The notes beneath the pieces were generated by a model that saw only the letters and a program-made list of their open reading frames with translations, made no database searches and was not told the DNA's origin. Positions 40,829 to 49,722 of a DNA stretch of 64,000 nucleotides are shown here, in pieces (the stretch's first letter is position 1; every line of letters begins with the position of its first letter). The DNA comes from Planctomycetota bacterium (GTDB lineage Bacteria > Planctomycetota > JACOTG01): contig JACOTG010000079.1 of NCBI GenBank assembly GCA_016178505.1, positions 1,810-65,809 of the forward strand. Reading direction: 5' to 3'. The translations under genes and the position numbers were made by a program.

Positions 40829-41476
40829 ATGCGCGCGCGAATCCTCATCGTCGACGACCATCCCTTGGTGAGAGACGGGCTCGCTGGACGAATCTCGAAG
40901 CAGCCCGACCTGGAAGTGTGCGGCGAGGCGGCCGACGTGCCCGGAGCCCTTCGGTTGGTGGCATCGACGAAGCCCGACCTGGCGATCATCGACATCTCGC
41001 TGAAGGGAGGCGACGGGCTCGACTTGATCAAACAAGTCCGCGCCCGCAAATTCGAGACGAAGATGCTCGTGGCGTCGATGTACGACGAGATCCTCTATGC
41101 CGAGCGTGCCTTGCGCGCCGGCGCGATGGGCTACATCAACAAGCAAGAACTGCCCGAGGACATGATCGACGCCATCCGGCAGGTGCTCGCCGGACAGATC
41201 TACCTCAGTGCGCAAATGAGAAATCGATTGCTCCAACGAACGGTGGGCCGTGGCCCCGTGGCGATCCGGTCCCCGATCGAGAGCCTGACCGATCGCGAGC
41301 TCGAGATCTTCCAGTTGATCGGACGCGCCCTCACCACCCGGCAAATTGCCGAGAAGCTCCATCTCAGCATCAAGACGATCGAGACGCACCGCGAGCGCCT
41401 CAAGATGAAGCTCAAGGCGAAGAACGCGGCGGAGCTGAGCCGCCAAGCGGTGGCGTGGACGATCGAGAACGCCTGA
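40829..41476 (+). CDS. NarL/FixJ-family DNA-binding response regulator
   Basis: IVDDHPLVR, IIDISL, LTDRELEIF...IAEKLHLSIKTIETHR LuxR-type HTH. Confidence 0.94.
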   Translation: MRARILIVDDHPLVRDGLAGRISKQPDLEVCGEAADVPGALRLVASTKPDLAIIDISLKGGDGLDLIKQVRARKFETKMLVASMYDEILYAERALRAGAMGYINKQELPEDMIDAIRQVLAGQIYLSAQMRNRLLQRTVGRGPVAIRSPIESLTDRELEIFQLIGRALTTRQIAEKLHLSIKTIETHRERLKMKLKAKNAAELSRQAVAWTIENA

Positions 41477-41508
41477 TTTCTCGTCCTCTCTTCCAAGACT
41501 CCAACGGC

Positions 41509-41533
41509 CCCGTCGGGAAATCCCCCACAACCG
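41509..41533. promoter_or_regulatory. Candidate regulator-binding imperfect palindrome upstream of the globin-domain gene
   Basis: CCCGTCGGGAAATCCCCCACAACCG; resembles 22641-22664. Confidence 0.4.
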
Positions 41534-41719
41534 AATCAGTTTCGTGCCGATTGTCGCGCCTCGGGATGAGCGTACTGTGCTCATTCGAATTTGGTTCGGC
41601 GCGCGAGCGTCGATTGGCGGGAGCGCGCGGCGGGTCGCTTGCTCTCAACGCATCCCGCTCGGGGGAATGGGCGACGGTTGGGAGTTCAGCCCTCAGCGCC
41701 GATCGATCGGAGACAGGTC

Positions 41720-42550
41720 ATGGCACCGTTCAATCTCACGCAATCCGAGATCGATCGCAGGAAGTCGGCGCTCGAGTTCACGACGGACGATGAGGAGCGG
41801 ATTCGGGACGCACACGACCACCTGAAGTTCGAGGCGAACTCGATCGTCGAGCTTCTGAACGCGTACCTCTTCGTTCATCTCCACTCCGTTCAGAGTTTTC
41901 CGGAAACCCAACTCTTCGAGCGACTGACGCATCTGCAGGCTTACTACTTCACGGAAATCACTGCCGGCGACTGGGGGGTCGACTTCTTCGGGAAGCGGCT
42001 TCGCGTCGGTCGTCTCTTCCAGCAGATCAGTGCGTCGCCCACGTGGTATCTCGGCGCGTACCAGAAGTACCTGCACTTCGTGACGGCGTCTCTGGGCCGG
42101 CAGCTCGCGGATGACGTCGATCTCTTTCGCGACACGGTGATCTCGCTCACGAAGGTTGCACACCTCGACATGGGGTTGATGCTGGACGCCTGCTACGTCG
42201 TCACGGCGGATCCGCTGGGACGGTCGGTCGACGAACAGTTCCGGCACTTGGAGGCACTCACGCAACGCGCGACCGAGCTCATCGCGCAAGAGCTGAAGGA
42301 ACCGCTGTGCAGCGTGATCTCGTTCTTGCAGACGCTCGAGTCGGATCGCGACGAATTGCCACCCGCACAGCGTGAGCTGCTGCCGAAGGCGCTTCGCCGG
42401 TGCGACGAATTATGGCAGCTGACGATGAAGCTCTGTGACTTCCGTACGGCGGACTCCGGTCCGTTCCGAAAGAATGGGTTGGTTTACGGCCCAACGCCGC
42501 CATTTCCGCTTTCCATATCGCTCCGGCACGGCAACCAGGACCTGAGCTGA
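41720..42550 (+). CDS. Protoglobin/globin-coupled-sensor-like protein with a degenerate HisKA helix and no ATPase domain
   Basis: GGAG RBS; EIDRRKSALEFTTDD, RLRVG...PTWYLGAY, LDMGL globin-sensor motifs; IAQELKEPL H-box-like segment. Confidence 0.72.
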   Translation: MAPFNLTQSEIDRRKSALEFTTDDEERIRDAHDHLKFEANSIVELLNAYLFVHLHSVQSFPETQLFERLTHLQAYYFTEITAGDWGVDFFGKRLRVGRLFQQISASPTWYLGAYQKYLHFVTASLGRQLADDVDLFRDTVISLTKVAHLDMGLMLDACYVVTADPLGRSVDEQFRHLEALTQRATELIAQELKEPLCSVISFLQTLESDRDELPPAQRELLPKALRRCDELWQLTMKLCDFRTADSGPFRKNGLVYGPTPPFPLSISLRHGNQDLS

Positions 42551-42651
42551 TGGACGCCGTCGTGTCGCCGCCAGGTCCGCTTCGGGCGCACACGCGAACG
42601 CTCGGTGCGACGCGGGCCCAGCGTCGAAATCGAAGACAAATAGGCTCCCCA

Positions 42652-42917
42652 GATCAGCGGGGGTTTCGTCATGGATGGCCACTATTCCCGATTCATCGAG
42701 TCGACGACAATTTCCCTGCTCGCAAGATCCCGACACTAACCACTACCCTAACCCCCTCGAGGCACATACCCCCTTGGGCTCCTGGCGCGAACAGACCACC
42801 ATCTGTTCCGGCATGGGTTCCAAGAAAAGCCTCGACTCGAGAGTCCTCTCTCTGCGGTGACCCACGCTCGAACCTATCCCGCTCGAGCGAACCGCCACTG
42901 ACGAACCCCCGCTGATC
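42652..42917. mobile_element. Candidate MITE (266 bp including flanking GATC)
   Basis: Inverted ends GATCAGCGGGGGTTTCGTCA (42652-42671) and TGACGAACCCCCGCTGATC (42899-42917); interior less GC-rich with no credible ORF. Confidence 0.55.
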
Positions 42918-43068
42918 ACCTTCAATCCCGCTCGCCCGCTTCGCCGCGAAGCGTGAACGACAGGCACCTTCCCGCTATCCGCCGCGTCACACGGCCTTGA
43001 GCGACGCCGACGTCGATGGTTCAATGAGCAGCCTTTTTTGGCCGGATCAAACCCTGGAGGTGCGCGAC

Positions 43069-44174
43069 ATGGACTTCCTGCTGACAGAAGAGAACCGAAT
43101 GTGGCGCGCGCGGGCACGCGACGTTGCCGAGAAGGTCGTCCGCCCGCTGTCTTGGAAGTACGACCGCCTCCAACAATACCCGTGGGAGATCAAGGACGCG
43201 CTCGTCGAGGCCGGGCTTTTCGGCGTCTGGATTCCGAAGGAATACGGCGGCCACGGCGGCGGCGTGCTCAACTTGTGCATCGTCGTCGAGGAGCTGTCGC
43301 GCTGCTGCGGCGGCGTCGGCGTCCTCTTCGCGGTCAACGCGCTCGGGAGCTTCCCGATTCTCGTGGGCGGAACCGAAGAGCAGAAGAAGAAGTGGCTCCC
43401 GCGCATCGCGCAAGGGAAAACTCTGATCGCCTTCGGCCTCTCCGAAAAGAACGCAGGTAGCGATGCCGGCGGCATGAGCTGTCGCGCGACGCAGGACGGC
43501 GAACACTACGTCCTCAATGGCGCGAAGAAGTGGAACACGAATGGCGGCGCGGCCGACCTCTACAGCATCTTCTGCGTCACCGACCCCGAGTCGAAGTCGC
43601 GGCGCATCTCGGCGTTGCTCGTCGAGAAGGGAACGCCCGGATTCAAGATCGGCAAGGTCGAGGACAAGATGGGCATCCGTTGCGTGCCCGTCGTGGAGCT
43701 GGAGTTCGAGAACTGTCGCGTCCCGCGCGCGAACCTGCTCGGCGGCGAGCCCGGCTACGGGTTCCGCCACTCGATGCAGACGCTCGATCTTGCGCGACCG
43801 GGCGTCGCGGCGCAGGCGGTCGGCCTCGCGACGGGGGCGCTCGAGCTCGCGCAGGTCTATGCGAACAAGCGCGAGCAGTTCGGCGCGCCGATCTCGTCGT
43901 TTCAAATGGTCCAAGCCATGCTCGCCGACATGGCGACCAAAGTCGAGGCCGCGCGACAGCTCGTTTACGCCGCGGCACGCGCCGCGGACACGGTTACATG
44001 CGCGATTATCCGATCGAGAAGTTCATGCGCGACGCGAAGATCGTTCAGATCTACGAAGGCACGAATCAGATCCAGCGGATGGTCGTCGCGCGAAACCTCA
44101 TCAAGGAGACGCACGAGTTGAAGTACCTCGAGAAATACATGCCGCTGTCCCCCGAGATCATGGGAGTCGAGTAG
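43069..44174 (+). pseudogene. Acyl-CoA dehydrogenase with a frameshifting internal deletion at ~43984-43990
   Basis: GGAGG RBS; [29 protein letters not shown]; C-terminal [29 protein letters not shown] lies in another frame; the intervening AK...DAVQ.FG helix is missing. Confidence 0.85.
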
Positions 44175-44176
44175 CC

Positions 44177-45196
44177 ATGCGCTGCTTCGTCACCGGAGCG
44201 ACGGGACTCCTCGGCCGCGAGGTCGTGAAGTCGCTCGTCGCGGACAAACACGAGGTCGTTGCCCTCGTTCGGCGCGACGATCAGGCGGACGCGGCACAGG
44301 CGCTCGGTGCGCGAGCAGCGCGCGGCGACGTCCTCTCGCGCGACACGCTGACCACGGCGCTTCGCGGCGTCGAGTGCGTTCTGCACTTCGCCGGGTCGCG
44401 CCCTTGCGAGAAGGACGGCGAGCGCGTCCAACAGCTCGATGTCGACGGCACGCGCAACGTCGCCGAAGCGGCGATCGCCGCAGGTGCCAAGCGACTCGTC
44501 TTCGCCAGCACGATCACGATCGCGGGCGACCTTCGCAGCGGGAAGCTCGACGAGTCGTCGCCCGACAAGCCCGGCCACGGCTTCGCGCGCGCGAAGCACG
44601 ACGCCGAGCAAGTCCTCGCGTCGATGAAGGGACGCGGGCTCGATGTCGCGTTCTTGCGCATTGCGCACGCGTACGGTGTGGGCGGCGGATTCCAGCCGCT
44701 CTTGGACACGATCCTCGATGGCAAGCTGGTGCTGCCGGCACGCGAGGTTTTCTGGGGATGGGCGTCGCCGGAGGACGTCGGCCGTGCCGCGTCGATCGCG
44801 GCCGCGAAGGCCCCGGCCGGCGAGCGGCTCGTCGTCAGCGATGACTTGCCGTCGACGACCGCGGACGTGCTCGACTACGTCGCGCGGCTCCTGCGCCTCG
44901 AGATGCCGAAGCGCGGCCCCGCCGCGCTCGCTCGCTTGCGCCTCGGTGCGGATCGTTTCGCATACCTCTCCGAATCGGCGAAGCCGACGAACGCGAAGTT
45001 GAAGGCGCTCGGCTGGACTTCGGTCTACGGACGTTATCGTGAAGGCGTTGCCGCGCAGCTCGCCGGCGGGCTGCTCGAACGCGATCGCCAGCATCGCCCG
45101 TCACGAGTGCCGTTCTTCAAGGTCTCGGAGAAGGCGCCGAACGTCGCGCCGGACTTGAGCGCGAACCCGAACTCGAAGAAGCCGACGCCGGCGTGA
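44177..45196 (+). CDS. NAD-dependent epimerase/dehydratase (extended/atypical SDR)
   Basis: FVTGATGLLG, DGTRNV, FARAK at the YxxxK position. Confidence 0.88.
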   Translation: MRCFVTGATGLLGREVVKSLVADKHEVVALVRRDDQADAAQALGARAARGDVLSRDTLTTALRGVECVLHFAGSRPCEKDGERVQQLDVDGTRNVAEAAIAAGAKRLVFASTITIAGDLRSGKLDESSPDKPGHGFARAKHDAEQVLASMKGRGLDVAFLRIAHAYGVGGGFQPLLDTILDGKLVLPAREVFWGWASPEDVGRAASIAAAKAPAGERLVVSDDLPSTTADVLDYVARLLRLEMPKRGPAALARLRLGADRFAYLSESAKPTNAKLKALGWTSVYGRYREGVAAQLAGGLLERDRQHRPSRVPFFKVSEKAPNVAPDLSANPNSKKPTPA

Positions 45197-46122
45197 GAAT
45201 CGTTTCGCTGCTGCCGAGCCTCACCGAAGTGGTGTGCGCGCTCGGCGGACGCGACGATCTCGTCGGGCGCTCGCACGAGTGCGACTTCCCCGCCGGGCTC
45301 GACACCGTTCCCGTGCTCACCGCCGCGAAGATCCGCGTCGACGGGAGCGCCGCCGAAATCCAGGCGGCCGTGCAAGCGATGAGCGGCCAGGCGATCTATC
45401 GCGTCGACGAGGCGAAGCTCGCCGCGCTCCGGCCCGACGTCGTGCTCACGCAGGATCAGTGCGAGGTCTGCGCGGTCTCGGTCGACGACGTGAAGCGCGC
45501 GCTCCAGCTCGGCGGCCTCGCGGCATCGACGCGCATCGTCGTCGTCAAGCCCGCGCGGCTCGACGACGTGATCGACGACGTCGCACGCGTCGGCGAGGCG
45601 ATCGGTCGCGCCGATGCCGGTCGCCGAGTCGCCGACGAGATGCGCGAGCGCATCGAGAAGCTGAATCGCTACGCGACCGAGCGGCGCGGACCTCGACCCG
45701 CTCCGCGGCTGCTCCTCCTCGAGTGGACCGCGCCGCCGATGGTCGCGGGAACTTGGCTTCCCGATCTGGTGATGGCTGCGGGCGCCGAGCATCCGTGGGG
45801 TGCGCCTGGAGACGCCTCGCGCGCCGTCGCGCTCAGCGATCTCGCGGAGCCCGCGCCCGACGTCGTCGTCGCCGCGCCGTGCGGCCTTGCCCTCGACCGC
45901 GCCGCGACCGAACTCGAGCGCATGCTGGCGTCGCGCGATTGCCCGGCGCGACTTCGCGGCGTACCGTGCTACGCTGCCGACGGTAACGCGCTCTTCAATC
46001 GACCGGGCCCGCGCCTCGTCGATTCCGTCGCCGCGCTCGTCGGCATCACGTGCGGCGACGCGCCTGGTTTTCCCGACTGGCGCAGCTACGTCCGCCGTGT
46101 CCCGCTCGGCAACGGCCGATGA
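45193..46122 (+). CDS. BtuF-like cobalamin/iron-chelate binding protein without a signal peptide
   Basis: MRIVSLLPSLTE, GRSHECDFP, TQDQCEVCAV, FNRPGPRL. Confidence 0.85.
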   Translation: MRIVSLLPSLTEVVCALGGRDDLVGRSHECDFPAGLDTVPVLTAAKIRVDGSAAEIQAAVQAMSGQAIYRVDEAKLAALRPDVVLTQDQCEVCAVSVDDVKRALQLGGLAASTRIVVVKPARLDDVIDDVARVGEAIGRADAGRRVADEMRERIEKLNRYATERRGPRPAPRLLLLEWTAPPMVAGTWLPDLVMAAGAEHPWGAPGDASRAVALSDLAEPAPDVVVAAPCGLALDRAATELERMLASRDCPARLRGVPCYAADGNALFNRPGPRLVDSVAALVGITCGDAPGFPDWRSYVRRVPLGNGR

Positions 46123-46197
46123 ACGTAAGCATCCGCTGAACCACACCTCGAATCGCCTCGCCCACTTCGTCATGAACCGTCTCACGAGTGCGACGCG

Positions 46198-47214
46198 TCA
46201 CGGCGTCGCGGGCGTCGTCGCGAACGCGTCGTACGCTCTGCGAGCGACCTTCGCGATCACGGCCTCGCGCTCGGCGAACTCCTTCGATGACGCCTTCACG
46301 AACGCCGCGATGACGAGATGCCCCGCGCCCCCGGGCAACGTGACGATTCCCACGTCGTTTCGCGTCCCCGCCATCCCGCCCGACCTGTCTCCCACGCGCG
46401 TGCCCGCGGGCACGCCCGCGCGAATCATCGTCGAGCCGGTCTTCGAGCGTTCGAGCCAATCGATGAGGAGCGCGGCGCTCGAGGGCTCGAGGAGATCGCG
46501 GCGTTGCACGCGCAGGAGAAGACGAGCCATCGCGTCCGGCGTCGCGGTGTCGCGAGGGTCGTTGGCGTAGCGCGCCTCGGCCGCGGCTCGATCGATCGGC
46601 GACACGGCGGCGGCGAGCGCGTCGTATCTCGCGAGCGTCCATTCGTCGTGCGCCGGCAGCTCGCGAATGCCCGAGCCATCGCCGCACAGCTCGCGCTCGG
46701 TTCGGCTCACGTCGATGCCGTCGATGCCGAGCGCGCGCATTCGGTCGGTCACCGCACGCGGTCCGCCGGCGAGAGTCACGAGCACGTCGGCCGCGGAGTT
46801 GTCGCTGTCCCCGGTCATGCGCTCGAGGAGCTCGCGGACGGACAACGTCACGGGTTGTCCCGTGAACGATGCCGCAATGGGGCTGTAGCCCGGGCGCAGG
46901 TCGTGCTCGTCGAGCGTGACCCTCCGATCGAGCGAGATCTCGCCGCGGTCGACGAGCGTGAGCACCTGGATCGCAACCGGCAGCTTGAAGACCGAAGCCA
47001 TGGGGAAGCGTTCGCCGCCGCGCCAGCTCGCGCGCCGACCCGACTCGACGTGAACGACGGCGACGCCGAGCGTGCCGCCGGTCGTCGACTCCTGCCTCGC
47101 GAACTCTCGCGAGAGTGGGTCGCTCGGCGTTTCGACTTCGCGAACGGCTTGCGTTTTCGCTTCGACGCATCCCAAGACGACGGCGCAGAATCCTCCAAGA
47201 ATTGCAGCTCTCAT
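46198..47214 (-). CDS. Class A serine beta-lactamase, probable lipoprotein
   Basis: FPMASVFK (SxxK), SDN, E166-like TERE, RDTATP, DRSG at the KTG position; lipobox-like VLGC. Confidence 0.88.
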   Translation of the reverse strand: MRAAILGGFCAVVLGCVEAKTQAVREVETPSDPLSREFARQESTTGGTLGVAVVHVESGRRASWRGGERFPMASVFKLPVAIQVLTLVDRGEISLDRRVTLDEHDLRPGYSPIAASFTGQPVTLSVRELLERMTGDSDNSAADVLVTLAGGPRAVTDRMRALGIDGIDVSRTERELCGDGSGIRELPAHDEWTLARYDALAAAVSPIDRAAAEARYANDPRDTATPDAMARLLLRVQRRDLLEPSSAALLIDWLERSKTGSTMIRAGVPAGTRVGDRSGGMAGTRNDVGIVTLPGGAGHLVIAAFVKASSKEFAEREAVIAKVARRAYDAFATTPATP

Positions 47215-47366
47215 GACGTGCCCTCCCTCGTTAGGTCGCCCAACGCTCCGCCGATGGGCCGGGAGTATACTCGGCCGCTCGCGCGCGGCTTCGCGCAGCA
47301 CGCGCGACCCGGCTTCGACGAAAGCGGCGAACGATGCGCGACTCACAACGGATTGAGGATCCCGCC

Positions 47367-48374
47367 ATGACGCCCACAACGAAAGCCGTCCCGCGTCGCC
47401 GACTGGGAAAAACGTCGATCGATGTTTCTGCGATCGGACTCGGCTGCATGGGCATGTCCGAGTTCTACGGAGCGCGTGACGAGCGCGAGTCGATCGCCGT
47501 CATCCACCGAGCCCTCGATCTCGGCGTCGACTTCCTCGACACCGCCGACGTGTACGGCATGGGCCACAACGAGGAGCTGGTCGGACGCGCGATCGCGAAG
47601 CGACGGAACGAGGTCTTCCTCGCGACGAAGTTCGGCAACGTTCGCGATGCGAAGGGAAACTGGGTCGGCGTCAACGGACGGCCCGAGTTCGTCGAGGCGC
47701 AGTGCGAGGCGAGCCTGAAGCGCCTCGGCGTCGACGTCATCGATCTCTACTATCAGCATCGCGTCGACCCCGACGTGCCGATCGAAGAGACGGTGGGAGC
47801 GATGGCGCGGCTGGTCGAGCGCGGCAAGGTGAGGTTTCTCGGATTGTCCGAAGCGGCGGCGCCGACGCTGCGACGCGCGGTCGCCGTGCATCCGATCGCC
47901 GCGCTACAGACCGAGTACTCGCTGTGGAGCCGCGAGCCCGAGGGGGGACTCCTCGCGACCTGCCGCGAGCTCGGCGTCACGTTTGTCGCTTACAGCCCGC
48001 TCGGCCGCGGCTTTCTCGCCGGCACGATCCGCTCGACGCACGACCTCGCGGCGGACGACTATCGACACCACGCGCCGCGCTTTCAGGGCGACAACTTCGA
48101 GAAGAACCTCGCGCTGCAGAAGAAGATCGAGGCCATTGCCGCCGAAAAACGATGCACGCCGGCTCAGCTCGCGATCGCGTGGCTCCTCGCGCAGGGCGAT
48201 GACGTCGTTCCGATCCCCGGCACGAAGCGCCTTCGCTACCTCGAGAACAACGCCGGCGCGACGGACGTTCGACTTACCGCCGCCGATCTGTCGCGCATCG
48301 ACCGCGCCGCGCCCCTGGGCGCCGCATCCGGCGCGCGTTACGGCGAGATGGCGATGAAGCGGGTCAACCTGTAG
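47367..48374 (+). CDS. Aldo/keto reductase
   Basis: [39 protein letters not shown]. Confidence 0.95.
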   Translation: MTPTTKAVPRRRLGKTSIDVSAIGLGCMGMSEFYGARDERESIAVIHRALDLGVDFLDTADVYGMGHNEELVGRAIAKRRNEVFLATKFGNVRDAKGNWVGVNGRPEFVEAQCEASLKRLGVDVIDLYYQHRVDPDVPIEETVGAMARLVERGKVRFLGLSEAAAPTLRRAVAVHPIAALQTEYSLWSREPEGGLLATCRELGVTFVAYSPLGRGFLAGTIRSTHDLAADDYRHHAPRFQGDNFEKNLALQKKIEAIAAEKRCTPAQLAIAWLLAQGDDVVPIPGTKRLRYLENNAGATDVRLTAADLSRIDRAAPLGAASGARYGEMAMKRVNL

Positions 48375-48446
48375 CGCCGCGCACGGAGACTCCGGCTCCG
48401 CCGACCCGCTGTTCGACATCGTCACGACCGCCGTTGCGAACTTCGA

Positions 48447-49595
48447 TCACCGGGCGGGCTCATCCATGCGCGGATCGTCAGCTCGGCGAAACCGCCATCG
48501 ACCGGTCACACGAAGAGAATCGGCATCGATGGATCGCACGAAGTAGTCGGCCGGCCACAGATGACGCCACGTCGATGTCGAGAATTCGAGCGCTCCACTG
48601 GTGACCACGGCGCCGGCCGGCAGCTCGAACGACGGCTCACCGGCGATCTCGACCAGCGACCTCGCGGCGCCACGACCGGGAAGCGCGATGCGAGGCGTGT
48701 CGACGCGATCACCGAGATCCTCGAATCCCCCCTGGTCGCGGCACGCTGCAGAGTTCGATTCGGCGACGCGCTCGAGCCATCGCTCGAACGCCCATCCCGC
48801 CCCTCCGGCCCACTTCCGAAAGTAGCGCTCGCGTGAGACTCGGTGCCGACGAGCGGCTTCGTCGCGATGGCGGTTCGTGCTGACGCTGTAGTAGTGAACG
48901 ACGTGCGACCCCGGATGGGCGACGAGGCGAAGCCGCGCATCGCGGACGCGGCGGCACCAATCGGCATCCTCGAAATAGAGCGGGTAGCTAGGGTCGGGTG
49001 GACCGACGAGATCGACGACCGATCGGCTCGTCAGAATGCAAGAGCCGGTGAGCATGGGAACGTCGATCGGCTCGCGGGCGAGCCAATAGCGCCAGCGAAA
49101 CGCCAGTCGAAGGCGGTCGAGGCAGCGCCTCGCGACGCGAGATCGTGTCGCCGCCATACGCCACGTCGAATTCGCGATCCCCGGCATTGCATGTGGCGGA
49201 TGCATCACCGTCCTGTCCTCGTCGAACCACGTGATGGGTGCGACCGCACCGACGCCCGACTCGCGGTCGAACACGTCCGCCATGGCGGCGAGAGCGCCCG
49301 GCATCACCCAGGTGTCGGGATTGAGGAAGGCGAGGCGCCGGCCGTGCGCTCGCTCGAGACCGGCCGCGAGCGCGCCGGCGTAACCGATGTTGTCGTCGAG
49401 GGCGAGCACGCGCACCGACGGACCGTCGAGTGCGCGGACGCGTTGCCGCTCTTCGGCAGTCGAGAAGTTGTCGACGACGATGATTTCGATCGGCCCACAT
49501 CGCGCGTCGATCGGTCGCTCCGCGAGCAGGCTTGCGACACATCGGCGAACGTAGTCCGCCACTCCGAAGTTCACGACGATCACCGAGAGGTCCAT
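48447..49595 (-). CDS. GT2 glycosyltransferase
   Basis: MDLSVIVVNF, VVDN, FLNPD, YFEDADWC. Confidence 0.88.
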   Translation of the reverse strand: MDLSVIVVNFGVADYVRRCVASLLAERPIDARCGPIEIIVVDNFSTAEERQRVRALDGPSVRVLALDDNIGYAGALAAGLERAHGRRLAFLNPDTWVMPGALAAMADVFDRESGVGAVAPITWFDEDRTVMHPPHAMPGIANSTWRMAATRSRVARRCLDRLRLAFRWRYWLAREPIDVPMLTGSCILTSRSVVDLVGPPDPSYPLYFEDADWCRRVRDARLRLVAHPGSHVVHYYSVSTNRHRDEAARRHRVSRERYFRKWAGGAGWAFERWLERVAESNSAACRDQGGFEDLGDRVDTPRIALPGRGAARSLVEIAGEPSFELPAGAVVTSGALEFSTSTWRHLWPADYFVRSIDADSLRVTGRWRFRRADDPRMDEPAR

Positions 49596-49722
49596 CACAC
49601 CCCGCATCCTTGACCGCTTCAACCGCCGAAGCGTAGTATCCGCCCCTGGAGATTTCGAGGCGACACCTCTCGCAGCGAGGCCACTGACATCCGGCGACGG
49701 GTGAACTCTGAGGAGAACGAGC

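Noticed and set aside
43975-44000. Programmed ribosomal frameshift in the acyl-CoA dehydrogenase (and the two similar breaks)
   Set aside because: No slippery sequence, and conserved coding sequence appears to be missing, which a frameshift could not restore
44570-44600. SDR catalytic Tyr replaced by Phe (FARAK)
   Set aside because: Common in atypical SDRs; not distinctive on its own
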